Assembly (NCBI GenBank): GCA_020536535.1
Contig: JAHLWZ010000582.1
Location: 15,265-79,264 of the forward strand
DNA length: 64,000 bases
From: Pelomyxa schiedti
Taxonomy: Eukaryota; Protista; Evosea
Direction of reading: 5' to 3'
Positions 34,619 to 46,215 of the stretch are shown in pieces. A program made the translations under genes and the position numbers. The notes under the pieces were generated by a model, which ran no database searches, was not told where the DNA came from, and worked only from the letters and a program-made list of their open reading frames with translations. Within the stretch, counting starts at the first letter, position 1. Every line of letters begins with the position of its first letter.

Positions 34619-36826
34619 TTAATTAACTGATGGGGCCGGAACCACAGCGGGGGCTGTGGCTGCTGCTGGCGTTGTTGTTTGCTGTGCGGGTGTGGGTGTG
34701 GCGGGTGATGCTGTTGGTGTTGCTGTGGCTGGCTTGGGGGCTGGTTTGCTGGATCCGGGCTTGGGGTGTGATGCGGCATGTGGTACTGTCTCCTTCAGGG
34801 ACGGGAAGGACTCGGGCTTGGGCACTTCGGGGATGATCTTCTCCTTCTTGGGTGCTTCCTCCTTGGGTCTCCTGTCCATCCTGGGTGGTCGGCGGGATGC
34901 TTGAGCCGCATCGGTGGGTGCGGGCTTGCCTGGAACGGCAGTCTCGGGGGTGGCACCCTTGGGGAACATCCTTGGGGGGCGTTCGCGCTCCTTAAGCACC
35001 ACCTTGATGCCCAAGTCAGCAATAAGTTGTTTGGTGGTCTCCGCTGTGAGTTTTCCTGGTTTCTTCTTCTTCTCCGTTTTCACTGGCTTCTCGGCCTTCT
35101 TAGGCTCTGCTGGAGTGGCGGCAGCGGGGGTGGCTGTGGCATCGCCAGCTTTCTCCTTGTCTTTGGCATCTTCTGCTGCTTTTGGTTTCTCGACCTTCTT
35201 CTTTTTGGGTACCGCAACTTTTTCCTCGACCTTCACGGTATTGTTGGCTCCATGAACCACGATTAAAGTGGGAACACTCTGAAGAAAAAATTGGTTCAAC
35301 ACGCAGTGAAAGGGGAAAAAAACCTTGTCCTTTGTGTCGGGCTGCTTCAATTTCCTCCTCAGGGGCTCTGATGCCCATTGAGAAGCATCCTCACCATCTC
35401 CTGACTTCCTTGGAACAGCCTTGATCAGAACGGGGGCAGGCTTCATCCTCTTTTCCTTCAAGAATTCCTCCAGGGTTTTGGGGTTCTACAAAGAAATCTT
35501 ATTTCACCACCTGGTAGAAGAAAAAATACCTCAGGCATAACAAACTCGATCTCTTCCTGGCTCTTGGTAATGGCAGAAGCAGCGTTCTTTGCGGCAATGC
35601 GGGGCAATGCGACAGGTACTTTCTTCTCGGGCTTCTTCTCGGCGTTGTCTGTCTTTTTCTCCTCAGTCTTGGCGGGAGCAGGTTCCTCTGCACCCTCTTC
35701 ACCTTCTGCTGGACTGCAAAGACAATCAAAATCCTATTCTACGCAACGTAAGTACACACGCTTCAGCTTCCTCTGTCTTTTCCGTTACTGGGCCGGTGAC
35801 TTCAAGAGTAACAGGGGCACTAAGACCATAAGTAATTATAAACGTTATCAAAAACTCACGTGAGAGCGGGAGGAGCAATCACAGGCTTGGGGATCTCCCT
35901 GTTGTTAGAGTGAATAAAATTAAAAGAAACAAAAATAATAAGGACATACTTAGGAGGCTCTGGGGTGGTGATGGGGGCGGGTTCACCCTTCTTGAAGATT
36001 GTGACTGCACGTATATTGTAAGGATAAACTGAGACTCGAACGAATAAAGAAACCTTTAGGTTTGGGACCAGCTGGTGTAGTAGAAGCGGGAGCTGCCGCA
36101 GTGGGTGCACCACCAAAACCAAGGGGAACAGGCCCTTTAGCACCAGGACCTGCAGTGGTCATAACTGGTTCGGTCTTCACAGGCTCCTTTTTCTCGGGCT
36201 CTGCTTTCTTCTCGGGCTCGGGCTTTTTCTCTGGCTCAGCTGTCTTTTCAGCAGCCTTGCCCTTCTTGGCATTCTTCTTAGGCTTATCACCTGTTTTGGG
36301 TTCCTCCTTGGGTTTTTCTTCTGTTGCCTTTGCTGCCTTCTCGCCTTTCTTTGTTTTTTTCTCTGCGGGGGCTTCTACTTTCGGTGCTTCAGGGGCCTTA
36401 GCTGTTTCTTCTTTAGCTGCCTCTGGTTTGGCTTCTGGGGTCTTGGCGGTCTTGGATTTTCCTTCCTTCTTAGCCTTCTCTTTCTCGGCTTCTTTCTTCT
36501 TTAGAGAGGCAACGCGTTCTTTTGGAGGCAATGAGTGACCACCAAGGGGGTAAAACCATACAAAAAAAAACCGCGGCACAAGAAATAAGAACGTTGTAAA
36601 ACACAAGATTTTAACGAAAGGCAGGGAAAGAAAAAAAAAAGGAAAAAACCGAAAGCGTGACGTTACGCATTGTAAGTGCAAAAAAAAAAAAAGAAAAAAA
36701 AAGCGTATGAGGTGGGTGTGACTGACTTTGCTTGGACTTTTGCTGGCCCAACGCTCTGGACTTCGCCGTTTCCACGATGTTGTCTGCATCGGCTGTGCCT
36801 AGCACAGCAAAGGGGTTTGCTTGCAT
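34619..36826 (-). CDS. Lys/Glu/Pro/Ala-rich protein with SERBP1/Stm1/HABP4-like terminal motifs
   Basis: Starts MQANPFAVL, contains KTLEEFLKEKR..RKSGDGEDASQW and a late ESFPSL. The central DRxSG and RGG motifs were not seen. Confidence 0.55.
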
Positions 36827-37133
36827 CTTGTCCTTACGACACTACTACGGGCACCGCCGACGGGCGCGTGGGGTGAAAGATGGGAAAAAGTTGTGAAATT
36901 CTGAAACAATCGAAGGGGAAAAAAAAAGACACGAGGCGCAGGGGAATTGCAATTGATCTTTGACATGTTTGACATCACTCTGTATTTTTAGACTCGGAGA
37001 TACGGCGAGATACCGGCGCTTAAAATGAAGCAAATTTTAAGGGAACCTGCTTAAAATAGACGAGTCGAGTTTTAAAATTTAGAAACAACGTGTTTTTTCC
37101 AAACGACATAAATTAATGTTATGTAAGAGACAA

Positions 37134-39313
37134 TCACTTGTGTCCGGATTTTCTTTTAGCTTTCTGTCCAAGAAGAGCTTGTTTGTCTTCTTCAACACTG
37201 AGAATATGTGTGAGATACAACAAAATATAAGTGGAATGTGCATACTGTTGGATGGAGGATGCATCAGAGTAGTAGCCTATTGTGGGACACGTTAACAAGA
37301 AGAACCACAGGAGTATTACATACTGGTTGTGTATGAAGAACCAGTGTCTTCAGAGGAGTTATTTCCACAGTTTGCCAACTGTGAGTGACTAAGCTTACAA
37401 GCAATATGGAATTTGGTACCTCAACATCATAGTCGTGGAAAGGTTCCTCTGGTGGAAGCTTTGGGGCAACACGAACCATAAGCAAGTATCTCTGAGTGAA
37501 CCAATACCATGTCAAAAGGAACAAGACGATTGTGAAATTGGTGACCAAGTCAACGTCTTGAAACCACGTTGGTGCGGCTGGCGTAACTCCAAACTGAGTG
37601 TACACGAGATGGAAAAGTAAAAAGTCTAAAATGGATACTCCCGCAATCTTGCGAAGTTTGTAAGAAAAGATTTATAAAGGAGGAGGAGATGTACGAAGAA
37701 ATAAGCGAAAATAGCATGAGCGGTTTTACTGGAAAAAAGAGTTTTGAAGGTATCCCCATATAATCCAAAACAAACAGCGGGTGCAAGGGGGTAGGAGCCA
37801 CAGGTAGTACAAAAGTGCCAAATATCGGCTGGTTTCTATCATAAAGATTTCAGTGGATTTTAGAGTCGAGTTCCATACTCCTTGCGGCCAACAAGAGCTT
37901 GCAATGAAGTATATAATTAAAGTAGCCGAAGTCGCATTAAACCACCATGCACCGGTCATAATCAGACCCTTAGAATATGGATGAACACTGGAATGTAGTT
38001 TTAAAAAAAAAGTCACAAAAAGAGGAGATACAAAGTGACAGTTTCCCAGAAGGGCTTTGTCCAAAGACCAGCAGATAATTGAGTTACAATAGCCATCTGA
38101 GTAACAGCAAGGTACCATTGCAACAATATCCAGTCCGGATTGGTTCTACCCAGACCACATATCAAAACGACAACAAGGAACCAGACAAGCCAAGAAAAGC
38201 TATACCTACAGAGAGTTGATATTTTTTTTAAACATGTTAAAATGGTTACCAAAAAATTCCACGTAGGTGGAGGGTTTTCGAGAATAGAGCAGGGTTTTTC
38301 ACAGACGGCCATTTGGTGAACTGTACTGGACCCCAGCAAGTGTCCTCCCAAGCACCGCAAAAGAAGCCTCTAGTCTAAATTAATTGAGAAGGAATCCCGA
38401 GAACTTACGTAATAATGAAGCTGATGTGAGCTGTGACCAGTCTCTTAGTTTCCTTGAAATACATGCTAAGTACTGCATTGTGCAGGAACCACATGACGAT
38501 TGTAACAATAAATATGATAATCTTTGTTTGGTGCATTAGTTTCTCTAGAAAACCCTTTTTTGACACACATAGCGATCCATCCCTTTAACGCTAGGTTCTG
38601 GGGTTGCCTGCGGAACACTTGGATAGAAATGCACTTGGTATATTGAAAACTAGTTGGAGAATCAATCGGCGATGACTTATAACAAAATCAAGTACCAAGA
38701 TGTAATAGCCCATAAGTGGTACATACATTACCCCGAACCAGGCCCCATTTTTATAACGCCAGGCCCAAGCAATTATTAGCATTGCTAAGAAGGTGATAAG
38801 TAGAGGTTATGAAGAAAAGTAGTTATTTCTGTATGTGACAAAAAAAAAAAAAAAAAAAAAAAGTAGAGAGTTAGTCCTACAAAGGATTGTAGAGATTAGC
38901 AGTGGAAGCATCCATGTTCTATTGCCCCACCGCAGCTGCCAAGTTGGTGCAGGACCAGGACGAGGAAGTTGAGAAACTGCAGGAAGTACAGTTGCAGGAA
39001 TCGAGTGGCCCGAGACCTCGATTTTGGGGGCAGTGTTCGTCATTAAGGGAGCCGCGAGGCGAGAGCCGGAGCTGGACCCGGATTTACTGGAGCCTCCCGA
39101 GGACTTTGCTTTCGTCATTATGGTATCTGTTTGGGGAGCGTCAGGGAGGGCAGACAGCGCTGCCATTGACGACGCCGAGGCAGGGATGCCGCGGGCTGGA
39201 GGGGCACTGCTGGTTGCGATTATGGGAGGAACCGATGTGGCGGGAGCGACGACGATGGCATCGTTTGGGGGAAGCTGCGGGGGTTCTATGGAATCCAGTA
39301 CGCGGTGGGCCAT
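37134..39313 (-). CDS. Multi-pass membrane protein with a P/S-rich N-terminus, function unknown
   Basis: Many hydrophobic exons (LIIAWAWRY..VPLMGYYILVL; WLVWFLVVVLICG; LALLYYLWLLPP; NFTIVLFLLTWYWF) joined by short introns. The 3' end is approximate. Confidence 0.6.
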
Positions 39314-39631
39314 TTGTTTGCCCTTTTCTGTGGTATTGGCTGGTGTTGTTGTGTTTCTTGATTTGTTGTTTTTTGTTCGTTCCAGCAAAACGGTTGTGTT
39401 ATCCTCGGAAAGAGCAAATCTAGACTGTTCCCAGAAGCCTTTTTTGCCTAACCACTAAGATTGGATCATCCATTTATAAACTCTCACTCCCCTGTCACTA
39501 CTACTCTCCCGGGCTCCTCAGCCCACCATTTTTCTGCGCCACTAGTAGCCCATTCAAAGTGAAAAACAATCCACGGCGTTCCACTGCGGCAAGGACTTGC
39601 CCGTAGAAACGAAAAAAAAGGAAAAAAACCA

Positions 39632-41803
39632 ATGAGGAAGTTCATCACAGGCAACAAGACCACACAGCCACAATCAGCGGCATCCACAGCCGCAGAAAGA
39701 GCTCCAACGGGATGTGCATCGTGCACCGCAACCACCACCAGCGGGCACCAAGTTGGCGTGTTCGGGGGCACACTGGAGGGCGCAATGCGCTGGGGTGGAG
39801 GGATTATGGGAGAAGGGTGCAGCGGAGCTGGGAAACGCGACCACGATCGCGATTACGGCAACGAGGACGAGGACGAGGACGAGGGAGTGCCTGCTGTGGT
39901 ATCTTTGACTGTGGGAATTCTGCGCCATCGTGGTACTGGGACCAGGATATGGTCATTGTCTATTTCGGTGGTTGGTTGTAGTGACGACTTGTACTTGTGG
40001 GTTTTGGTTCTGGTTTTGGTCTTCGTATCGTCATTCTGAACAAAAACAAAACAAACAAACAAACAAACAAACAAACAAACAAAAAAAAAAGGACTTGATG
40101 AGGAAGGGCTATTTCGAGTCTGTGGTAATGCAGCATTGATGCGTAAGATGCAAGAATTCTTTCAAGGTATTCACTTCTTTTCTCTGGCAGATTATTCATA
40201 TCAATCAAGATCCAAACACATATAAACTCAGCAATGAAGCGCAACGGGCACGCCTTGATAAAATAGTTGGCCATGACGTGCATTCACTAGCCGGAGTTTT
40301 GAAAAAGTTGGTTATTCACTTCTACTGCCAGTACTCACTTCCAAAGGTTTCTTCGTGATCTTGCCAGTCCTATAGTTCCTGAGGGTCTTTATAACGCATT
40401 TATCTTAGCTGGGGGTATAGCACCAACAAATGTGCACTTAATTAATCGAAAGTGTCATAAATTCAGAAATCACTGACCTATACGAAAAAAGGGTATGTAT
40501 GCGTCTTCTTGTCAAGGCCCTCCCTGAGTTGAACAGGTTGTTTCTTCAGCTTTTTCTGCCTATACTCATTGCCTCAGGAAATTGATGCACTATATGGTCA
40601 AGTTTCTGAGGGATGTGGCGGCGCACTGTGAGGTGGTTCCTATATATCACGGTTTCCACTTAAACTTTCACAGAAAAATAGAATGACCTCAGAAAACCTG
40701 GCCATTGTCTTTGGGCCAAGTCTCCTTCCAGGTCCAGCAGACAAAGCTCTTTTACATGTCAACAAACTACCGGTTGTTATTCGCAGTTTTATTGATGATT
40801 ACCAGGTCCTCTTTGAAGTAAGTGCTTTAAATATTTTTTGTGGCTGAAATCCACCCAGGGCCAAGTTATAACCCCACCATATTCTTTACCCATTTTTGTA
40901 ACACCACCATCCACTCCCCTCAAACCGCCTCCCTCTCTTAATGCAGCAGGGAAGGATTCCAAGATTACACAAACAGCTGTGCGTGTCCTAAATAATTTTC
41001 TCCATTCCTAATTCCTTAAACAAAGACCCCCACATCAAATAAAAAACGAAAAACCAACCAAGGGGGAGCATGCCCTTGTACACCACCTTTCGGTTTATCT
41101 GATCCTCCTATACCTCCTCCAGAAACTCCAAAAGTTCACATAAGGCCCCCACACCACCGGCACAGGCATCACAACTCTCAAACTGGCGATACCAAAGTTG
41201 ACCCTATCAAAAGAATGATGGATTCACTCACGGTCCCTTCTTCTTGCCATTTCCAATTCCTTATGGTACCCAGGAAGCTGGACTGCAGTGTCCTGTAATA
41301 GGGCCGCCTCCTAAAGATGTCACTGCCATAAATCAGATGAAGAAAGATCTGAAAACAACAATAATAGCTTGGGAGACCTATTTCCGGACTCACCAAGGAA
41401 GAGATGTGTGCCCAACACAGATGCCCTGTTCTTAGTTATCAGAATTACCGTACTAACATTTCACAAGCCTGCCACAAGGGATAGAGAAAAAGTGAAACCT
41501 CTTTATGCACAGTACTTCCAAATAAAAGCGGCTCTCCTACACAACACCACACAGCACACCCCTTCAAAAAGAGAAGAAAAACCTTCCGTTCCAACTCCAT
41601 CCCACACAGTCCCTTCTTTTCCAGAATCACCATCCATCATTCACCTACAAATGAAGAAACCATCGGCATTGGGTCGTACACCCACCAAGAATACACCAAA
41701 AAGGCTTCCTGGCACTCCTTTTAGGTTAGGATTTTATCCCTCTATTACTATCACTAACATTATCACAAGACATGCACACAGGCGTTCGTCCCTTGGACTT
41801 TGA
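39632..41803 (+). CDS. RhoGAP-domain protein with a C-terminal FAM13-like helical motif
   Basis: VFGGTLE, GLDEEGLFRVCG (Arg finger), DVHSLAGVLK, NRMTSENLAIVFGPSLL; C-terminal KKDLKTTIIAWETYFRTHQGR..DREKVKPLYAQYFQIK. Confidence 0.9.
40038..40090 (+). repeat. (AAAC)n microsatellite in a RhoGAP intron
   Basis: aacaaacaaacaaac... directly visible. Confidence 0.9.
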
Positions 41804-41883
41804 ATTTTTTTATGTAAAAAAAGAGGAAAAAATTTTCTGCTTGTACAGTTGTTTTACTACACAAAGCCAGACAATAAATGAAT

Positions 41884-42923
41884 TTATAGCAATGTACACC
41901 TTCTTTTTGAGGGTTTGCGTGTGTCAGAGCCATCTCCAACCCTCAAAGGACATTTGCGCATTTCTCGCACCAACTGCAGAAACACTTGATCCACATTCAC
42001 ACGGTTTTTTGCAGAGGTGGCAAAGAAAGGCATGCCCTGTTTGCTTGCAAAGTCCTCAGCATCAGACTGAGTGACTTGAAGCTGATCAGCCAGATCAATT
42101 TTGTTTCCTACTAGTATAAATGGTACACTATCAACATCTTTGACTTGGAGTAGTTTCGTGTGCAGTGGGGGGAGTTCTTGGAATGTCTGAAGTGATGTCA
42201 TGGAGAACACAAGTAGGAATCCTTGACCATTTCGTATAAATCGATCCCGCAGTGCTGAGTACCTGAGCGGTAGAAATGAGAAAAAGCTCGTGACCATGGC
42301 CCGTTTTAAAACGGACAAGATGGGACTCACTCTTCTTGACCAGCTGTATCAAGGATGTGAAGAATGCACGGTACCTCATCAACACTTATTTGCTTTCTGT
42401 AGGAATCTTCGATTGTGGGATCATACACCTCTATGGAAATATTAGTACGGACGAAATGCTTTAGCTCAAAAAAAGTTGGATACTTACCAACAAAATGATT
42501 TTGAACAAAAGAAATTGTGAGAGCACTTTTCCCAACAGAACCGGAACCAAGAACGCAAATAGTGAATTCATCAGACCGTGCACACACAACAGGTTTCTGT
42601 GCCTTTTTTTTTTGTACATTAGTAAGTCAAGTTGTTACGTTAACATCCAGATTTCCTAAAAAGTTTTCTTCATAAAACCCATTCACATTAGAATAATAAC
42701 AAACAACAAAAATTACCTTTGCCTTGTCGTCGCCCGACGATGGCGACCGGGATCTCCTGTCACCAGGCACGTTCAGTGCATTCGGAGAGGGCGAGGGCGA
42801 CGTGGACGGCGACGGCGAAAGCAGCGACGTGGGAGACGGCGACAGGGACGATGGGGACGACATCAGCGTGGGCGAATTGGTCGGTGGCGTGGCGGGGTAG
42901 GTCTGAATGGCACATGCCGACAT
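41884..42923 (-). CDS. Ras-family small GTPase with an N-terminal Ser/Pro-rich extension and a CAAX box
   Basis: [42 protein letters not shown]-terminal RRCTLL. Confidence 0.95.
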
Positions 42924-43381
42924 TATTATGGGATTGAGCAGGGGTTGGGGTCTTGGGAGTTGCTACCACACTCAGTGGGCTTTCGAGGTTTTTGAGGGTT
43001 GGGGATTGGACGGAATGGGAGAGATAATGCTGTTGTGTTTTCGGTGTCACGTTGTTGAGGGGGACGCCGTTGGTGGTGTTTTTTCTTTTTTTTAATTACG
43101 TGTGGTTTGGGGCACGGCTGGAAACGGTAAGCCCAAGGAAAAAAAATCCGCTGTGTGCCGGTAGTTTTTTTTTTTTCGTTGTGCTTTCATTGATTGGAAG
43201 GATCATTAATAACATTAATTGGGCAGTTGCGAGTTTCGTCTAATCCTGTTCCGGTTCCGTTTGTTCGTTTCCTCACAAAGAAACTCTGGTTGCTTTCGTG
43301 CGCTTTTTCTTAGTATTGGGGTTCCAATACCCACAACAAAGAGGGAAAGACCCCAAAAAAAGAGGAGCCCCCAACGCCTCG

Positions 43382-44155
43382 TCACAGCCTCTCATTTGGG
43401 GGACGATCTCCGCCTACTTGCTGGAAGAAATGTGCATCTGAATCGCCGGCCCTGGATGATACTCGCACCAGGGGGTCGATACTGGAAGCCACAAACAGCA
43501 GAGAGCCAACAAGGAACGCCGCGGAAATCAGCCACCTCTGTGCCACAGCGCCTTCATACCAGAATCCAAGAACGCTTGCTATGAGGAAGAATGCAGACCC
43601 ACCGAGTGAAACCATCGTCGATGGGTGGGTCCCAATGCCGCTGCAACGGCTTTGCTTGGTATGCCCATGATTGTCGGTGCTATTGTGGACATGTGCGCCA
43701 TGTTTTGCTGCTTCTGTTGGTATTGCTGGTGGTGTTTGTGTTTCTAGGAAGTAGGAGAAGACGAAGAGGACTGAGCCTACAGTGGAGGGAATCCAGGTTC
43801 CGGCATACTGTTCCATTCTGGTATCTAGTCCCACGGTTGCCGGCACAAGACAACTCACTCCAAATACTATGGTGCCAATGAACAAGGCCGAGGCAGATAC
43901 CACCTCACGCCGGCGTACGGGAGTGGAATGTTTGGCAGCCCTTCGTTTTAGTGAGTGTTGGTCTTTGTTGTTGTTTTGATACATCACAGAGAAGGTGGCT
44001 CCACCAATGAACAACAATGCGCCGGTGGAGTACTGTGACCCAACAAGGGTGCTCAATCCCACAGGGTCGATTAATGACATGGCTGACCCTGAACTAAACA
44101 GCAGTGCCCCACATAAAAAGGATACAGCAGAAATCCACCTACACACCCACGACAC
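43382..44155 (-). CDS. Multi-pass membrane protein with YrhK-like repeats (the first exon probably lies upstream)
   Basis: Repeated G(S/A)xxFxx(S/G)S transmembrane motifs: GALLFSSGS, GSVLFVFSY, GSAFFLIASV, FLVGSLLFVASS. Confidence 0.55.
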   Translation of the reverse strand: MSWVCRWISAVSFLCGALLFSSGSAMSLIDPVGLSTLVGSQYSTGALLFIGGATFSVMYQNNNKDQHSLKRRAAKHSTPVRRREVVSASALFIGTIVFGVSCLVPATVGLDTRMEQYAGTWIPSTVGSVLFVFSYFLETQTPPAIPTEAAKHGAHVHNSTDNHGHTKQSRCSGIGTHPSTMVSLGGSAFFLIASVLGFWYEGAVAQRWLISAAFLVGSLLFVASSIDPLVRVSSRAGDSDAHFFQQVGGDRPPNERL

Positions 44156-44472
44156 GTCTCCCCCGTGGCTTGCTGTTGAATGCCGAAAAGCATTCGGGTT
44201 AGGTCAACTTGAACACAATCCTCGTATTTGTTTGCGAAACAGTATTAAGAATTTTTACTAATGGCAACACACGGTCGTGGCTACCAAAGTGCGTGGCGGT
44301 TTGAAACCACCTCGCTGAAACATGGAATGGCATCTCACTTCATAAATTTTGAGAAACGGTGGTTTTTCAAGTAAAAAAAATTTGGATCGGTCTGGTGTTT
44401 TTTTTTATTCCGGCATTTGTTGAGCTGGTGTATGTTGTAGTGCTCCGAGTGCACCCGAAAATTATGGTGCTT

Positions 44473-45955
44473 TTAGGACCTGGTGATCATTGAGAGTGAG
44501 TGTTTGGGGCAGAGGGTGGTGCATAGCCCACAGCCATAGCACTTGGTTGGGTCAACTTTCCATGAAGCTGGTGAGGTGGCATCACCTTTCTTCACGAGTA
44601 TCTGTTTTTGCACTTGGGTAAGCTGTGATGTAGGGTTTATTTGCGAGACACACCGCTTCAAATGGACAACCGCGTTGGCACACTCCACAGTGAACGCAGG
44701 TGTCGTTCACAGAAGAAATCGGGGGGATGAGATTGTGCTGTACGGGAAGGTGTGCAAGAGCACGTCCGCGTAATTGAGTAACTGAGGAATAACCCTTGCG
44801 CTGTAGGAAACTGGTAACGCCAGTCACTAGGTCTCCGAAGACTTTAGGTCCCTGGTAAATTGCTGCTGTGCATACCTAAGTAAGCTTTAGTACACCTTCG
44901 GACATTTCAGTGTTTGGAAGTGTACCTGCACACCACTTGCACCAGCGAGGAAGAATTCTACTGCATCCCTCCATGATGTGACACCACCAACACCAATGAC
45001 TGGAACATCGGGCATGGCGGTTACAAGCTGGGAAACCCAGTACAATGCAATTGGGCGAATAGCAGACCCTGACATCCATCCCTTCCCACCACTGCCTCCA
45101 AGGAGAGGGCGCTCGGTCTCAATATCAAGAGACAAGCAAGGACCAAGAGAATTCATAACAACAAAGCCATTGATGCCACAGGAACGCAGTTGCTTGGCAA
45201 GCTCAATTAGGTCGTGGCCATGTGGTGAAAGCTTGGCGAATATTGGTTTTGTGGTGCTCTAAACCAAGTTAAGATGATAAAGGACCAATGCATTAAACAT
45301 ACCTTCCTAAGAGCCTGAGCAAGGGCTGTTATCTCGTCGAGTTTAGTATAGTGGCAGGAAAATTCAAACGCATCAACAAGGGGGTCAACTTTGGGAACAA
45401 GAGCCAGCATATCAGCAGCAGAGTAGCCAACACTAATTAAGGTGAGACAATAAAAATAATAAAAGAGGAAAGGAGAAACCTTGCAATTAATGGAACTCCA
45501 GGAACACGAGCAGCGGCATATTCGCGGGCAATCCAGTCCTCTAAAGGTAAAGTGAGTTTCATAAGCTCAACATGGGATACAGGAAGCTTAAAGAGGCGCA
45601 CCAGGAGGTAAGTCGCTCCACAACTCTACATTGAGCATACTGGTAGCCAAGTCAGATGCCGGTCTAGCCATACAAGGCCTATCGAATTCTACTTAGAAAT
45701 GCCCCATAATGTTTTGTTTGAAACTTGAGACCACTCAAAAAAAAAAAAAAAAGCGTGAGGAGTTGTAGGGAACCTTGGGACCTGAGCAGCTGAGGTGCTA
45801 ATTGTTTTGCACACGAGGCCACCGGAGCCGCCGTTGGCGCACGCCACCAAACACTTGGCGTCACGCCCGGGGGGCCCAGCAGCTACAAAAAATGGGTTCT
45901 TAAAGTCGAGCCCTGCAATGTTGACTGCAAGCGGATTGTGGGTAGTACTCGCCAT
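44473..45955 (-). CDS. Stand-alone PreA-like dihydropyrimidine/dihydroorotate dehydrogenase-family flavoprotein with a C-terminal 2x[4Fe-4S] domain
   Basis: FKNPFFVAAGP, GGLVCKTIS, FEFSCHY, PIFAKLSP, VMNSLG, WMSGSAIRPIAL, PVIGVGGV, AGASGVQVCTAAI; CVHCGVCQRGCP and CYGCGLCTTLCP. Confidence 0.88.
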
Positions 45956-46215
45956 TGCCCCTTTGTTGGTTGTTCCCGGTTTTTCGTATTTTTTTGTTTT
46001 TGGTTCGAGGATTGTGAGAATTTTTTTTGCGAGTTCTGTGAATGGGCAAAGTATGCAAAAATAGGCGTGGGTACTGGTGTCTGGTGTTGGTGTTTTTGGT
46101 AGTTTAGTGCTGTGTTTGAATTGAGTGTTGTATTTTCGTTGTACAACATTGCATCCAAGGGGTTGTTCACGTGTTCCTGTTGAACCATACTTGCCGGGTT
46201 TGGTTCAAAAAGGGA

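Noticed and set aside
34630-36538. Hydrophobic plus-strand ORFs resembling membrane proteins
   Set aside because: Reverse complements of Lys/Glu-rich codons in the minus-strand gene.
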